A stretch of 64,000 nucleotides of DNA from an uncultured virus (IMG/VR IMGVR_UViG_3300020207_000018). Its lineage: Duplodnaviria > Heunggongvirae > Uroviricota > Caudoviricetes. The translations under genes were made by a program, and so were the position numbers. The stretch lies in the IMG/VR virus record IMGVR_UViG_3300020207_000018, positions 1 through 64,000 of that record; one strand, written 5' to 3'. Position 1 is the stretch's first letter, and every line of letters starts with the position of its first letter. The notes beneath the pieces are model-generated. The model searched no databases, was not told the origin of the DNA, and saw only the letters and a program-made list of their open reading frames with translations. This document shows positions 1 to 8,890 of the stretch, piece after piece.

Positions 1-639
1 ATTGTTTGTTGTGAGTGAAAGATAATGGTCACCTTGTCTTTGATGTGTATAGATGTCATTGTAATCACTATAAAGATTTACGTATGCTTGTATAGTATCA
101 CCTGAGTCATCATTTCTTTGTGTTCCAATATATGTGTTATAGTCACCATGTATATCTAATCTCATATACATTCCACCATATTCATCATTGTCGATATAAA
201 AATCACCTGTATCCGTGACTCTAAATCCTTGTCCAAATTTTACTGTATTATAATTACCTTGAATATGAAATCCAAAATAGTTATTTGTTGGATTGTTTCC
301 TGTTGAAGTGTTTTGTTTAATAGTTAGAACATTATCAGTTCCATCTAAATCACCACCCCAACTATAACCTGAACCCCATGTATCAGTCCACTTGACTGTA
401 TTGTTTGCACCTGTTTGAAGTATGTCTATGGTGTTGTCTGCACCACCGATTGAAAAGTAAACCTCTTGGTCAAAACCTCTCTGTTCAATTGTAAGGTTTA
501 AATCATCAGATGCAGTTGGTGTTTGAATATTGATTTCATTGTCGTCTGCAAAAGCAAGAGATCCCCAAACTAATAAAATACACCACCCTATCCATAAGAG
601 TGGTGTATCTTTTGTTTCTTTATTATCTAAATTATCCAC
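1..639 (-). CDS. Secreted curlin-like beta-repeat protein, runs off the window edge (not in the ORF track)
   Basis: Manual translation from GTG at 639: hydrophobic signal ending AFA, then DDNEINIQ...IEQRGFDQ...ILQTGANN...IQGNYN...IHGDYN, with curlin-like Q/H-G-x-x-N periodicity. Open to position 1. N-terminus resembles 1893..2627 (DDNEIKITQ). Confidence 0.7.
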   Translation of the reverse strand, partial: MDNLDNKETKDTPLLWIGWCILLVWGSLAFADDNEINIQTPTASDDLNLTIEQRGFDQEVYFSIGGADNTIDILQTGANNTVKWTDTWGSGYSWGGDLDGTDNVLTIKQNTSTGNNPTNNYFGFHIQGNYNTVKFGQGFRVTDTGDFYIDNDEYGGMYMRLDIHGDYNTYIGTQRNDDSGDTIQAYVNLYSDYNDIYTHQRQGDHYLSLTTNN

Positions 640-773
640 ATTAATAATAATCCTATAACCAGTCCTTCGAAGAATGCAAACCACATTACTCCGTAGTGAC
701 TCATGTCGAATTGGTTCATCCACCATTCAACATTTTTTTCATGCCACTTAAAGAATTTTTTAAGTATATCCAT
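627..773 (-). CDS. Small membrane protein (48 aa, MDILKKFFKW...GLLLMWII)
   Basis: Manual translation; GGAGG RBS upstream, C-terminal hydrophobic helix, fills the gap between FecR-like and curlin-like genes. Confidence 0.6.
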   Translation of the reverse strand: MDILKKFFKWHEKNVEWWMNQFDMSHYGVMWFAFFEGLVIGLLLMWII

Positions 774-793
774 AAGTTGCCTCCTGCTTATAT

Positions 794-1945
794 TTAGTTA
801 GATTGATTAATGTAAATCTCAATGGTTGGGTCACCATTACCAAATTCTATGACTCCTTGATAACCTTCAACATTTGTATCAATAAATCCAGAGTTGTCTC
901 CAGCAATTATGATTTCAATAACTCCGTTTACATTTCTGTATAGATATAGATCACCGTCTTGTATAAAGATATTGTATTGTGAATCTTTGTTGAAACCTAA
1001 TTGAGCACCCTTAAGTGTTACTGTACTTGACCCAGCGCCTTTTTGTACATCACTCAATGATACTGTAGTCTTTGTTAGATCATCAATAACATCTAAGAGA
1101 TCGGTAAGAAAATCTACGTCTAATAAGTCTATGTCTAATTCTGAAAACTCTAAATCGCCCTTAGTATCCTCTAATGCATCTTGTTCTAATTCGTTAAATT
1201 CTAAGAAGTCAACGTCTAATATTCCTTGATCTTGGTTCTGATCGTCTCTAGCGCCTTCTTCTATTTGTTGTCTGATTTCTGTAGGTGGATTAACAATGAA
1301 CATATTGTCAATCATGTTTGGTGTTATGTTTGCTAAAGTTAGTGGTGTCGCTGGTGTTTGATCAAATGATACGACCATAGTTGCCTGATATGCCTGGTCC
1401 AGCGTGACGCTACCGCCGTCATTAAAAACTTCTATAATTCCAGATGGATTTCCATCCTGATCAGGAAGCAAAATTACTAATGTTCTTCCGATCTCATCTA
1501 TGGTTGTGGTAAAATCTGTACCTTTAATTGATATTTGAGCAGCAGGTGTTGATACGTCTACGTTTGCTTTTTTAATTTTCTTTCCTGCGCCTGAGGTGAA
1601 TCTTGCTGTGCCTCTGACCATGCGAATTGCCATTTCAGATTTGTTTGGGTCAGGATCATAATATGCTTTATCGATATAAGCATAGGTGTGTTCTGTCATA
1701 TCCAGAACTTCATCATCTAAGAAGACGATCTTCATTCGACCGTTACCAGTCTTTGCTTCGTCTTTGAGTAGTATGTCTAAACCTACATCATTGCCAATAC
1801 TCTCTGTATTACGAGTGATATTACCAATGCCTGTGGATTCACGGATATCACCAATGGGATTGCCAAAAGCAACCCCACTGAGTAATAAAAAATTAAGAAT
1901 CGGAGTTCGAATCTTTTTGTGTAAGTTGAATGATTGCATTATCAC
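794..1945 (-). CDS. FecR-domain exported protein with acidic C-terminal region
   Basis: Signal-like N-terminus; KTGNGRMKIVFLD, MVRGTARFTSG, TPAAQISIKGTDF match the FecR domain pattern. Confidence 0.75.
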   Translation of the reverse strand: MIMQSFNLHKKIRTPILNFLLLSGVAFGNPIGDIRESTGIGNITRNTESIGNDVGLDILLKDEAKTGNGRMKIVFLDDEVLDMTEHTYAYIDKAYYDPDPNKSEMAIRMVRGTARFTSGAGKKIKKANVDVSTPAAQISIKGTDFTTTIDEIGRTLVILLPDQDGNPSGIIEVFNDGGSVTLDQAYQATMVVSFDQTPATPLTLANITPNMIDNMFIVNPPTEIRQQIEEGARDDQNQDQGILDVDFLEFNELEQDALEDTKGDLEFSELDIDLLDVDFLTDLLDVIDDLTKTTVSLSDVQKGAGSSTVTLKGAQLGFNKDSQYNIFIQDGDLYLYRNVNGVIEIIIAGDNSGFIDTNVEGYQGVIEFGNGDPTIEIYINQSN

Positions 1946-2627
1946 TAGTTACATCTAAAACAATGACACCATTAGGTGTTGAACAAGATGCATTAGATGG
2001 TGAACAAGTACCAGATATCTGAGTGATATCTACATCAGCACTGTCTCCGTCTAAAACAAAATCTATACTACCTGCACCGTCATTCTGTAGTGTATTGATA
2101 TTACTAGAACCGCCTGTAATGTCAAAATTCCAAACTAGGTCATCTGCTTCCCAATCAATGTCAAAAACATTTGAACTACCAATAATTATGAGATCGGCAT
2201 CAAGTCTTTCAGCACTGTAAACATAACCTTGATCTAAGTCAAAAGTATTGCTACTTCCTGTTACATCAAAATTAATATCTGAACTGTCAGCACTACCGAT
2301 GTATCCGATATTCCAGTCGATCTCGTTTGAATCACCTGTAAAGTTTAGCGTATAGTAAGAACTATCTGCAACTACAGGACCAAATAAAATGTTTGAATTA
2401 CCAGTAAAATCTAAATCGAACTCAAGTGTAGTACCAGTTATACTCATAGAAGATAAACTTCCTGAACTTGCATCGTCTCCACCAATTTTGTTTCCAAAAC
2501 CGATTTGGTCGATATAAAGTTTCAAAGTATCACCAGTTTGAGTGATCTTAATTTCGTTATCATCAGTGGCTTGTGCGAAAACGAATGATGTCGACATAAG
2601 TAAAAATAAACTAATTAGTTTTTTCAT
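1893..2627 (-). CDS. Curlin-like secreted beta-repeat protein (CsgA/CsgB-like)
   Basis: Signal peptide; repeats such as IDQIGFGNKI, FTGNSNI, FTGDSNEI, VTGSSNTF, IIGSSNVF, ITGGSSNI; adjacent to csgG. Confidence 0.7.
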   Translation of the reverse strand: MKKLISLFLLMSTSFVFAQATDDNEIKITQTGDTLKLYIDQIGFGNKIGGDDASSGSLSSMSITGTTLEFDLDFTGNSNILFGPVVADSSYYTLNFTGDSNEIDWNIGYIGSADSSDINFDVTGSSNTFDLDQGYVYSAERLDADLIIIGSSNVFDIDWEADDLVWNFDITGGSSNINTLQNDGAGSIDFVLDGDSADVDITQISGTCSPSNASCSTPNGVIVLDVTSDNAIIQLTQKDSNSDS

Positions 2628-3549
2628 TTTCGTTATACCCCTCTATTTCCCAAAAACCTCTTCTGTGTCCTTGGTAGATTAATTCCAACACTGCAGCTTC
2701 AATAGCTGTTCGTGTTGCGTAAGTCACCGATTCATTATTACCAACTCCGTCTTCATACTCCACTAGTCTAGTGCCTTGTTCGATGAATCTAAACACATCG
2801 CCTGTAGCACCATAACTCAGTATAGTTTTCCGAGTTTGTACATTAAGTAAAACTTCTCCAGTAAGAACTGAAACAGCTCTCATGGAAACTGTGACAACAT
2901 CTTGTCGATATTGTCTCGCACTACCAATCCCTAGATACCTTGCGCCTCGGCCTCCAGTTAAAATATTGGTATCATAACCAATTACACCACCTTCTATTAT
3001 CATTCCTGCAAATAGAAGTGGTTGTACTCCTTGTAGTTCTTCGCCTGTAGAGTCTGCGTATTCTTGTCTTGCAGTTCTAATGATTTGTCTTTCTCTTACA
3101 AGATGATCTAAACCATTTCTCTCTACGACTCTGAACCATGTTCCGTTACCAGCAGTTTTAAGAGCATCAATAACTAACTCTGGTCCGCCTTGAGTTACTG
3201 CTGTACTAAATGATGCAATGTTGTCTACACTTTTTCTTTGTCCTGTTTTATCTAAGAAATTATAGACAGTGACAATTGGTCTTTCTTTTGCTGGTGGTAA
3301 TTGTAGCAACTCGATATAAGAAGGTAATTTAACAACTTCTGGTTCTTCAACACAAATGTAAGGCATTGCCCGTTCAAACGTTCTGCCAGCTGCCTTTGCC
3401 AGATTCCATACATCGTTTGGATAATCTACGCCTTCTTCCCATGTTGCTGGGTTACAGTCTTGAGGATTATCAGACCATCTTGGTACAGATGCACATCCAC
3501 TTATTAGAAGTGTAAGTGCTAGTAGATATCTAACCACCATTTCCACCAT
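2611..3549 (-). CDS. csgG: Curli secretion channel CsgG lipoprotein
   Basis: Lipobox LISGC; VYNFLDKTGQRK, FSTAVTQGG, WFRVVERNGLDHLVRERQIIR, LLFAGMIIEGGVIGYD motifs. Confidence 0.92.
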   Translation of the reverse strand: MVEMVVRYLLALTLLISGCASVPRWSDNPQDCNPATWEEGVDYPNDVWNLAKAAGRTFERAMPYICVEEPEVVKLPSYIELLQLPPAKERPIVTVYNFLDKTGQRKSVDNIASFSTAVTQGGPELVIDALKTAGNGTWFRVVERNGLDHLVRERQIIRTARQEYADSTGEELQGVQPLLFAGMIIEGGVIGYDTNILTGGRGARYLGIGSARQYRQDVVTVSMRAVSVLTGEVLLNVQTRKTILSYGATGDVFRFIEQGTRLVEYEDGVGNNESVTYATRTAIEAAVLELIYQGHRRGFWEIEGYNENEKTN

Positions 3550-4015
3550 CAGGATCTTGTGCGAAGTTTCCTGTTCCTACTGGTATGGTGATCTCTGTGG
3601 TTGTACCATCTTCTGCTACAACAATCAGTCTGATAAACTCAGCACCTGTTTCATCTGTGATAACTTCCCATGTAATGGTGTTACCTTCTAATACAAATGA
3701 ACCGAAACCTGCTGGGTTATCATTTGCGAACATAGACTCTACTAATTGCTTAGCAAATTGAGCGTAGATTCTACTTTCTAAGTTACGTATAAATTTTGCT
3801 AGGGTTGAATTTTCTGCCTCTCTTTCAGCTGCCTTTCTGGCCGATTCAAGTGCATCTTCAATTGCCTTTTTTCTTGAGAACTCTTGGTTTTCAATGGTCA
3901 GATAGTGTGCGCCTGTGCCGACACCACTAAAGGATGGATTTTTAAATCCAAATTTAATCTCGTCTGCTAAAACTGGTAGTGATAGTAGACTAAGAACTAG
4001 AACTCTTTTTATCAT
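3530..4015 (-). CDS. csgF: Curli assembly protein CsgF
   Basis: Signal peptide, FKNPSFSG motif, FIRNLESRIYAQ, GTTTEITIP; directly upstream of csgG. Confidence 0.85.
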   Translation of the reverse strand: MIKRVLVLSLLSLPVLADEIKFGFKNPSFSGVGTGAHYLTIENQEFSRKKAIEDALESARKAAEREAENSTLAKFIRNLESRIYAQFAKQLVESMFANDNPAGFGSFVLEGNTITWEVITDETGAEFIRLIVVAEDGTTTEITIPVGTGNFAQDPDGGNGG

Positions 4016-4280
4016 TGGTTTTTACCTTGCCCTTTTTCTTCTCGTTTTCTCTATACTCTAAAACTACATCAACCTTTTGTTGTAGTCGTATAAGGTCTTG
4101 GTCTAACATTCTAGTTTGGTCTATTACTCTTATCAATGCAAAATGCATCTTTTCAATTTCGGGCTCTATGTGTTCACCAATGAACCACCACACATAGTAA
4201 ATAAAGTAACCTAGACCAATTGCTAGTATAATAGGAAATCCGTACTCTTGGACTTTTGAGATAATGTCAAATTCTTCCAT
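3990..4280 (-). CDS. Small membrane protein with coiled-coil tail
   Basis: GFPIILAIGLGYFIYYVWW transmembrane helix; resembles its upstream neighbour. Confidence 0.7.
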   Translation of the reverse strand: MEEFDIISKVQEYGFPIILAIGLGYFIYYVWWFIGEHIEPEIEKMHFALIRVIDQTRMLDQDLIRLQQKVDVVLEYRENEKKKGKVKTNDKKSSSS

Positions 4281-4573
4281 TAATCTCTTCTCACATCCAA
4301 TTTACCGTCTTCGATAAAGTTCTCTGCACGAGCAACTCTCTCAATATCAGGTCGAAGTTCCAATGCTGACGATACTAACATGTCTATCTTAATCATTTCA
4401 TTAGACATGGTTCTTGCACGATTCTCTAGTGACTTACAGAACATAGTAAGCGTCTGAATGTCATCAACTATACCTTGAAGTATTTGTTTAATGATAATGA
4501 ATATAAAACTTCCCATAACTAAGGCGATAGCTACAGGGAAGCCCAACTCAGTTATCATTTCGAATACATCCAT
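4280..4573 (-). CDS. Small membrane protein with coiled-coil tail (probable start MDVFEM at 4573)
   Basis: GFPVAIALVMGSFIFIII transmembrane helix; a late promoter at 4582-4589 favours the 4573 start over 4609. Confidence 0.7.
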   Translation of the reverse strand: MDVFEMITELGFPVAIALVMGSFIFIIIKQILQGIVDDIQTLTMFCKSLENRARTMSNEMIKIDMLVSSALELRPDIERVARAENFIEDGKLDVRRD

Positions 4574-4581
4574 TATACTCT

Positions 4582-4595
4582 TATTTATATAAATA
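4582..4595. promoter_or_regulatory. Overlapping divergent T4 late (gp55) promoters, palindrome TATTTATATAAATA
   Basis: TATAAATA on minus (4582-4589, toward the curli cassette) and on plus (4588-4595, toward the riboswitch and peptide). Confidence 0.75.
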
Positions 4596-4600
4596 AAGGT

Positions 4601-4707
4601 ATCGTTCAACCCTTTTTCTAGGGTCGGAAGTAGTCATAAGACGAAGGAACGCATTGTTACGTTCATCTATTTTTAGACGGAAGTAGGCAATGGTGCTGAA
4701 GGAACGC
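4601..4707 (+). ncRNA. Tandem glnA-type glutamine riboswitch aptamers
   Basis: Two copies of CGTTCA-stem-CGGAAGTAG-stem-GAAGGAACGC (4603-4652, 4660-4707). P1 is CGTTC/GAACG; the inner stems differ in sequence but both pair (ACCCT/AGGGT and TCTA/TAGA; GTC/GAC and GGCA/TGCT). Confidence 0.8.
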
Positions 4708-4726
4708 AATCTTTTCGGAGATTGAC

Positions 4727-4879
4727 ATGACTAAATATCAAGCAATGCTCTTTCAAAGAGCAGTCAAAAAATCTCTTAGGGAAAAACATCTAAGCTCTAG
4801 GGCTAAGAATTATAAAATTGAAAAGAAGGAATCTGTAGAATTACCAAAGTATATTACAGATAACCCTTTTTATCCTTAA
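4727..4879 (+). CDS. Small basic peptide (50 aa, MTKYQAMLFQRAVKK...ITDNPFYP) downstream of the riboswitch
   Basis: Manual translation; GGAG RBS at 4717-4720, followed by a terminator. Confidence 0.65.
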   Translation: MTKYQAMLFQRAVKKSLREKHLSSRAKNYKIEKKESVELPKYITDNPFYP

Positions 4880-4882
4880 GAT

Positions 4883-4912
4883 AAAAAAAAGGGGACGTTA
4901 TGTCCCCTTTGT
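4883..4912. terminator. Bidirectional intrinsic terminator
   Basis: AAAAAAAAGGGGAC-gttat-GTCCCCTTT between convergent genes. Confidence 0.8.
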
Positions 4913-4928
4913 TATTTTTAACTAAAAA

Positions 4929-5210
4929 TTACTTTAGTTGAGAATGGATCTCATTGATTACTTCAGCTTTTGTTCCTGATCTCTTAACTTTGAGATTCTT
5001 CTTCTCTGCCATATCAAGTAGTTGAACTTTCGTTAACTTCTTTAGCTCGAATTTAGAAACAGCACCGTCAGCATTTCTATCTACAGAGACACCTGGTCTT
5101 GTAGAAGGAACTGGAGATGGTGTGACAGTGGTAGAAGTATTACTTTTACCTCTGTTTACTATGAAGTAACCGATCACAAATACTGCAACTGCAATCAAAA
5201 AATATTCCAT
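4929..5210 (-). CDS. Membrane-anchored protein with C-terminal HeH/SAP/Rho-N-like helical domain
   Basis: N-terminal transmembrane helix; LKKLTKVQLLDMAEKKNLKVKRSGTKAEVINEI. Confidence 0.6.
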   Translation of the reverse strand: MEYFLIAVAVFVIGYFIVNRGKSNTSTTVTPSPVPSTRPGVSVDRNADGAVSKFELKKLTKVQLLDMAEKKNLKVKRSGTKAEVINEIHSQLK

Positions 5211-5253
5211 AATGTACTCCTAATTAGGTTTTAGTTACCATCCTATCAGATCG

Positions 5254-5460
5254 TTACTTATCTAACAAGGGGTTTTTATCTTTTGCTTTACCAATTGCTA
5301 GGGCAAGTACTTCTAACCATTTGTAGACTTTTGCCCATAATTTGTCATCTGCTGGTGTTGGTGTCATAGCGACAATAACACTACAAATTGAGATAACAAC
5401 TGGAACTATCATAAGTAGATTCCAGATTCCCATTATAAAATCAATTATGCCTGAAAACAT
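5254..5460 (-). CDS. Small membrane protein (possibly holin-like)
   Basis: Hydrophobic, MTPTPADD motif, GGAGG RBS. Confidence 0.55.
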   Translation of the reverse strand: MFSGIIDFIMGIWNLLMIVPVVISICSVIVAMTPTPADDKLWAKVYKWLEVLALAIGKAKDKNPLLDK

Positions 5461-5485
5461 ATTGACCTCCTATTTTTTATGGTAT

Positions 5486-5905
5486 TTAGTTGTTTATATT
5501 ACCAATTGAATACTTAGTTGTAAGTTTCCAATCTGATTTTTCTTTATATGATACTACCTTTATTTGAGATAAAGGCGACTTAGGTTCTGATATTTTAGAT
5601 GGATCATTAACCTTCAATAAGTTCCATTGTTGTAAAAGATCAATGATTGTGTTTCTTCTACCAATGTCTGACTCATCAATATTGGTTTGTTTACCGTCTA
5701 GTAAAAATAGTTCTTTAAAGTGTACGATATAATACTTGCCTTTTTTATGAAGAATGTGACATGATTGAAATAACTCTTTGTCTTTCCTCGAAGCTACGCC
5801 TATACGTGATAAGGTTTCTCTTATCTTTAAAAAATCGTCTTTTTCGGGGAATGTTATTTCGATTAAGTCTTTTACTATATCGTGTTCATCCATTATTCTT
5901 ACCAC
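5486..5905 (-). CDS. regA: Translational repressor RegA
   Basis: DDFLKIRETLSRIGVAS, LFQSCHILHKKGKYYIVHFKELF. Confidence 0.95.
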   Translation of the reverse strand: MVRIMDEHDIVKDLIEITFPEKDDFLKIRETLSRIGVASRKDKELFQSCHILHKKGKYYIVHFKELFLLDGKQTNIDESDIGRRNTIIDLLQQWNLLKVNDPSKISEPKSPLSQIKVVSYKEKSDWKLTTKYSIGNINN

Positions 5906-6278
5906 CAGTTTTCATACTCTCTTTCAAGTCACGGTATTGTTTATCGTCTAATAACTCTAAATACTCTTTCGCTATTTTAGTTGATACACCATAAGATTCT
6001 CTTACAGTGTCTATTTTTTTAGATTCATATGGCTTCTGCCACTTGCTGAACCTTTTTCTTTTTCTAAGAGTATTTATTAAAAAAGAGTATTGAAGACGAC
6101 TGTCCAGACTGTGCCGGACATTCATTTCGTTGACGAAAAAGAGCGAATCTTGGTGATAAGATAATGCTCGATTTACTAGGAATGGTTGATAAGACTTCTC
6201 TTCTACCTCATCAACCATGATATCGACTTTGTCAAAACTGACATTTTTAACATAGTCGAATGGATTTCTTTTGGACAT
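5886..6278 (-). CDS. gp62: Clamp loader small subunit gp62
   Basis: YQPFLVNRALS, LQYSFLINTLRKRKRFSKW; synteny with gp44 and regA. Confidence 0.9.
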   Translation of the reverse strand: MSKRNPFDYVKNVSFDKVDIMVDEVEEKSYQPFLVNRALSYHQDSLFFVNEMNVRHSLDSRLQYSFLINTLRKRKRFSKWQKPYESKKIDTVRESYGVSTKIAKEYLELLDDKQYRDLKESMKTGGKNNG

Positions 6279-6577
6279 TAAGCAAGTGCTTGTTGTGTGA
6301 CAGAAGGCAATACTTTTCTTTGATATTCATTAATCAGTTCATCGCCTTTAAGTTCTTTACCAAAGTATACGATAGAACCATCATCAAGTGTTCTTTCAAT
6401 AAGTCCACTATTGAAACTTCTATCAACGACACCTTTACCATCTTGAGTATCTTGTGGTCTAGTGTCGTACCACATACTACTCAAACTATGAGCATGAATG
6501 CCTGAAACACCTTTTGCCCATTCTTCTGCTTCTAAGAGAACTCTTTGTCTCTCTACTTTATTTTTAAACTCCGTCAT
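6278..6577 (-). CDS. Hypothetical protein
   Basis: Tightly packed ORF with RBS. Confidence 0.65.
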   Translation of the reverse strand: MTEFKNKVERQRVLLEAEEWAKGVSGIHAHSLSSMWYDTRPQDTQDGKGVVDRSFNSGLIERTLDDGSIVYFGKELKGDELINEYQRKVLPSVTQQALA

Positions 6578-6699
6578 GTATTGTCTCCATCATTATATTT
6601 AACCCTTGACTTGTCAAACTGTCGATTTGCTGTTCTTTGAAAAGACTTTTCAATCTGTCTGTCAAACCACCTTCTAAACCATTGTCTAAGTTTACCCAT
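6574..6699 (-). CDS. Small hypothetical protein (41 aa, MGKLRQWFRRWFDRQ...)
   Basis: Manual translation; start and stop overlap both neighbours. Confidence 0.55.
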   Translation of the reverse strand: MGKLRQWFRRWFDRQIEKSFQRTANRQFDKSRVKYNDGDNT

Positions 6700-6875
6700 T
6701 ATGACCAACCTCCGTCTATCTCTTGTAAGACTTCGTTAGTTGCACCTAGGATATCGGTAAGAGGTTCGTCAAAGATTGCGATATCTTCATGACCCTCTTC
6801 TATTAATGCTTTAACTATTTCACCAGCATCAACAATGATTTGTAGCTGGTATTTCATTTCTTCTGATATACTCAT
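6699..6875 (-). CDS. Small acidic hypothetical protein (58 aa, MSISEEMKYQ...)
   Basis: Manual translation; ATGA overlap with the gp44 stop. Confidence 0.55.
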   Translation of the reverse strand: MSISEEMKYQLQIIVDAGEIVKALIEEGHEDIAIFDEPLTDILGATNEVLQEIDGGWS

Positions 6876-7822
6876 TTGAATTTACACTCCGACATAATTT
6901 CTGTTAAACATGCAACGAAATTGATTTCTGAATCCATTGCAAAGGCAGACTTATGTTGATAGTCTGCTATTAATAAAACTGAAGCAGGTATACTAGATGG
7001 TTGTAATTTCTTTTCTAAAGCATTGAACAACTTCCTATATAGAGTGTTGAAGTCCTGATCAGAATTCTGACCGACCCACTTTCTCATACCAGCCCAATCT
7101 TTGTCCTTTAACATGTCAAGTAATGGTGTTAGTTTCTCTTCTGATAAAGTTGCAAGAAGGCCTGAGTCAATCTCACCACTTGCACCATATCTTTGCACTT
7201 CATTTAGACATCTTCTAAAGTCAGGAAAGAATTTGAGAATAAGTTCTACTAGTACTTGTGTATCATATTTGATGCCTTCACTATCACAAATCTCCATGAG
7301 ACGTGAGAGAAATACACTTGCTAGTCTTTGTTTCTCTTCTGGTGTGATACTGAAATCTATAACAGTACAACGAGAATGAAGAGCAGGAATAATCCTGTTC
7401 TTATAGTTACACGTGAATATGAATCTACAGTTAGAAGAGAACTCTTCAATAAAGTTTCTCAATGCAGGTTGAACTGAGTCAGCAGATATGTAATCTGCCT
7501 CATCTAAGATAACAACTTTAGGACCACCTGCAAGTGATACTGTAGATGCAAAGTTTTTGATCTTTGTTCGTAGGGTGTCAATCAAACGGCCCTCGTCTGA
7601 GCCGTTAATGACAATAAAGTCTGCACCCAATTCATTACATAATGCTTTTGCAACTGTAGTCTTACCAACCCCAGCAGAACCACTTAGTAATAGATTTGGT
7701 ATTTCACCATTCTTTACGAACTCAAAGAATGATTTTTTGATAGATGCAGGAAGTATCGTGTCCTCAATTGTTTGAGGACGATACTTTTCAACGTAAAGAA
7801 ATTCCTTACTCATGGAGACCAA
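6872..7822 (-). CDS. gp44: Clamp loader large subunit gp44
   Basis: VEKYRP, GSAGVGKTT Walker A, ILDEAD, SRC motif. Confidence 0.95.
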   Translation of the reverse strand: MVSMSKEFLYVEKYRPQTIEDTILPASIKKSFFEFVKNGEIPNLLLSGSAGVGKTTVAKALCNELGADFIVINGSDEGRLIDTLRTKIKNFASTVSLAGGPKVVILDEADYISADSVQPALRNFIEEFSSNCRFIFTCNYKNRIIPALHSRCTVIDFSITPEEKQRLASVFLSRLMEICDSEGIKYDTQVLVELILKFFPDFRRCLNEVQRYGASGEIDSGLLATLSEEKLTPLLDMLKDKDWAGMRKWVGQNSDQDFNTLYRKLFNALEKKLQPSSIPASVLLIADYQHKSAFAMDSEINFVACLTEIMSECKFK

Positions 7823-7929
7823 ACCCCTCCGAATGGTCGTGTAGAATACCCAAGATTGATGATGAGATCACTCTACTCCCATGATTGAAGCGGAGACTGG
7901 CACTTCTATCACACTTATTAATATATATG

Positions 7930-8595
7930 CTAAACATTATATTTTGAATCAGGTTCTAGTGCAATAAAGTACTCTAAGTCCACATCTTTGTTTTTGAAGT
8001 TTGATATACCTTTAGAAGATACAAACACTTCATAATTACCTTGTAAGATTTTTAAATTTTCAATTTTGAAGTTCATAGAGAATGAAACACCATTGCCTTC
8101 ACCTACAATTCTACTGAATGTATTAGATGTTGCATTCTTCTTATCAGTAACTACAAACTCAATCTTGGTACCATCTGATTTAAGAATTAAATCATTTACA
8201 CCTAGAACACTTGCAGCTTTCTGTAGTTCATCTAGTAGTGTTGATGATAAATCAATCTTGACCTCTGCATCTGGCATTGTGATCATCTTTTCAGGTGAAG
8301 TCACCATACCCTCACTTGCATAGAAGTAAGTCATAGCAGAATCATTGTCTGAGATAGATGCTGAACTTTCATTGAAATTGAATTCAGGATTATCCAATAA
8401 CGAAGTTGCACCTAAGAACTCTGCAAGATTGTAGATACTAAACTCTTGGCTGAATGTTTCAGGCACCGTTGCCACTGCCAAGATATTTTTCATATTCGAG
8501 ATTGTCTTAAGTTGATTACCTGAATCGACTTTGATTCCCGAATTTATAGTTGCGAAGTTTTTTAATATACTTCTAGTTTCATTACTTATTTTCAC
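7930..8595 (-). CDS. gp45: Sliding clamp gp45 (GTG start at 8595)
   Basis: ILKNFATINSGI, FSIYNLAEFL, YFIALEPDS; GGAGG before the GTG. Confidence 0.93.
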   Translation of the reverse strand: MKISNETRSILKNFATINSGIKVDSGNQLKTISNMKNILAVATVPETFSQEFSIYNLAEFLGATSLLDNPEFNFNESSASISDNDSAMTYFYASEGMVTSPEKMITMPDAEVKIDLSSTLLDELQKAASVLGVNDLILKSDGTKIEFVVTDKKNATSNTFSRIVGEGNGVSFSMNFKIENLKILQGNYEVFVSSKGISNFKNKDVDLEYFIALEPDSKYNV

Positions 8596-8890
8596 TGTTA
8601 GCCTCCTTGTCGTGAACGTGTAACATGAACATGGCATAATGAATTACTTTAAGTAAGTCTGCCCTATTCTTCCCATTTTTCTTTCCGTATCTTTGTGCAT
8701 ATTTCATTATGTTTCCGATACAGAAACCTTCACCATGTCCACTGTCAATAATAAATTCAGTGGATTGGTATTTGTTCAGTGAGTAATGTTGATCATACGT
8801 CTTATCAATATAAGAGGACAACTCCTTCAGGAGTTTGTCCTCGTTATACTTGTAGTCAATCTTTCTCTTAAACATACTCATCGGTATCAT
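8582..8890 (-). CDS. DUF3310-like conserved phage protein
   Basis: GFCIGNIMKYAQRYGKKNG...DLLKVIHY. Confidence 0.75.
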   Translation of the reverse strand: MIPMSMFKRKIDYKYNEDKLLKELSSYIDKTYDQHYSLNKYQSTEFIIDSGHGEGFCIGNIMKYAQRYGKKNGKNRADLLKVIHYAMFMLHVHDKEANSENK

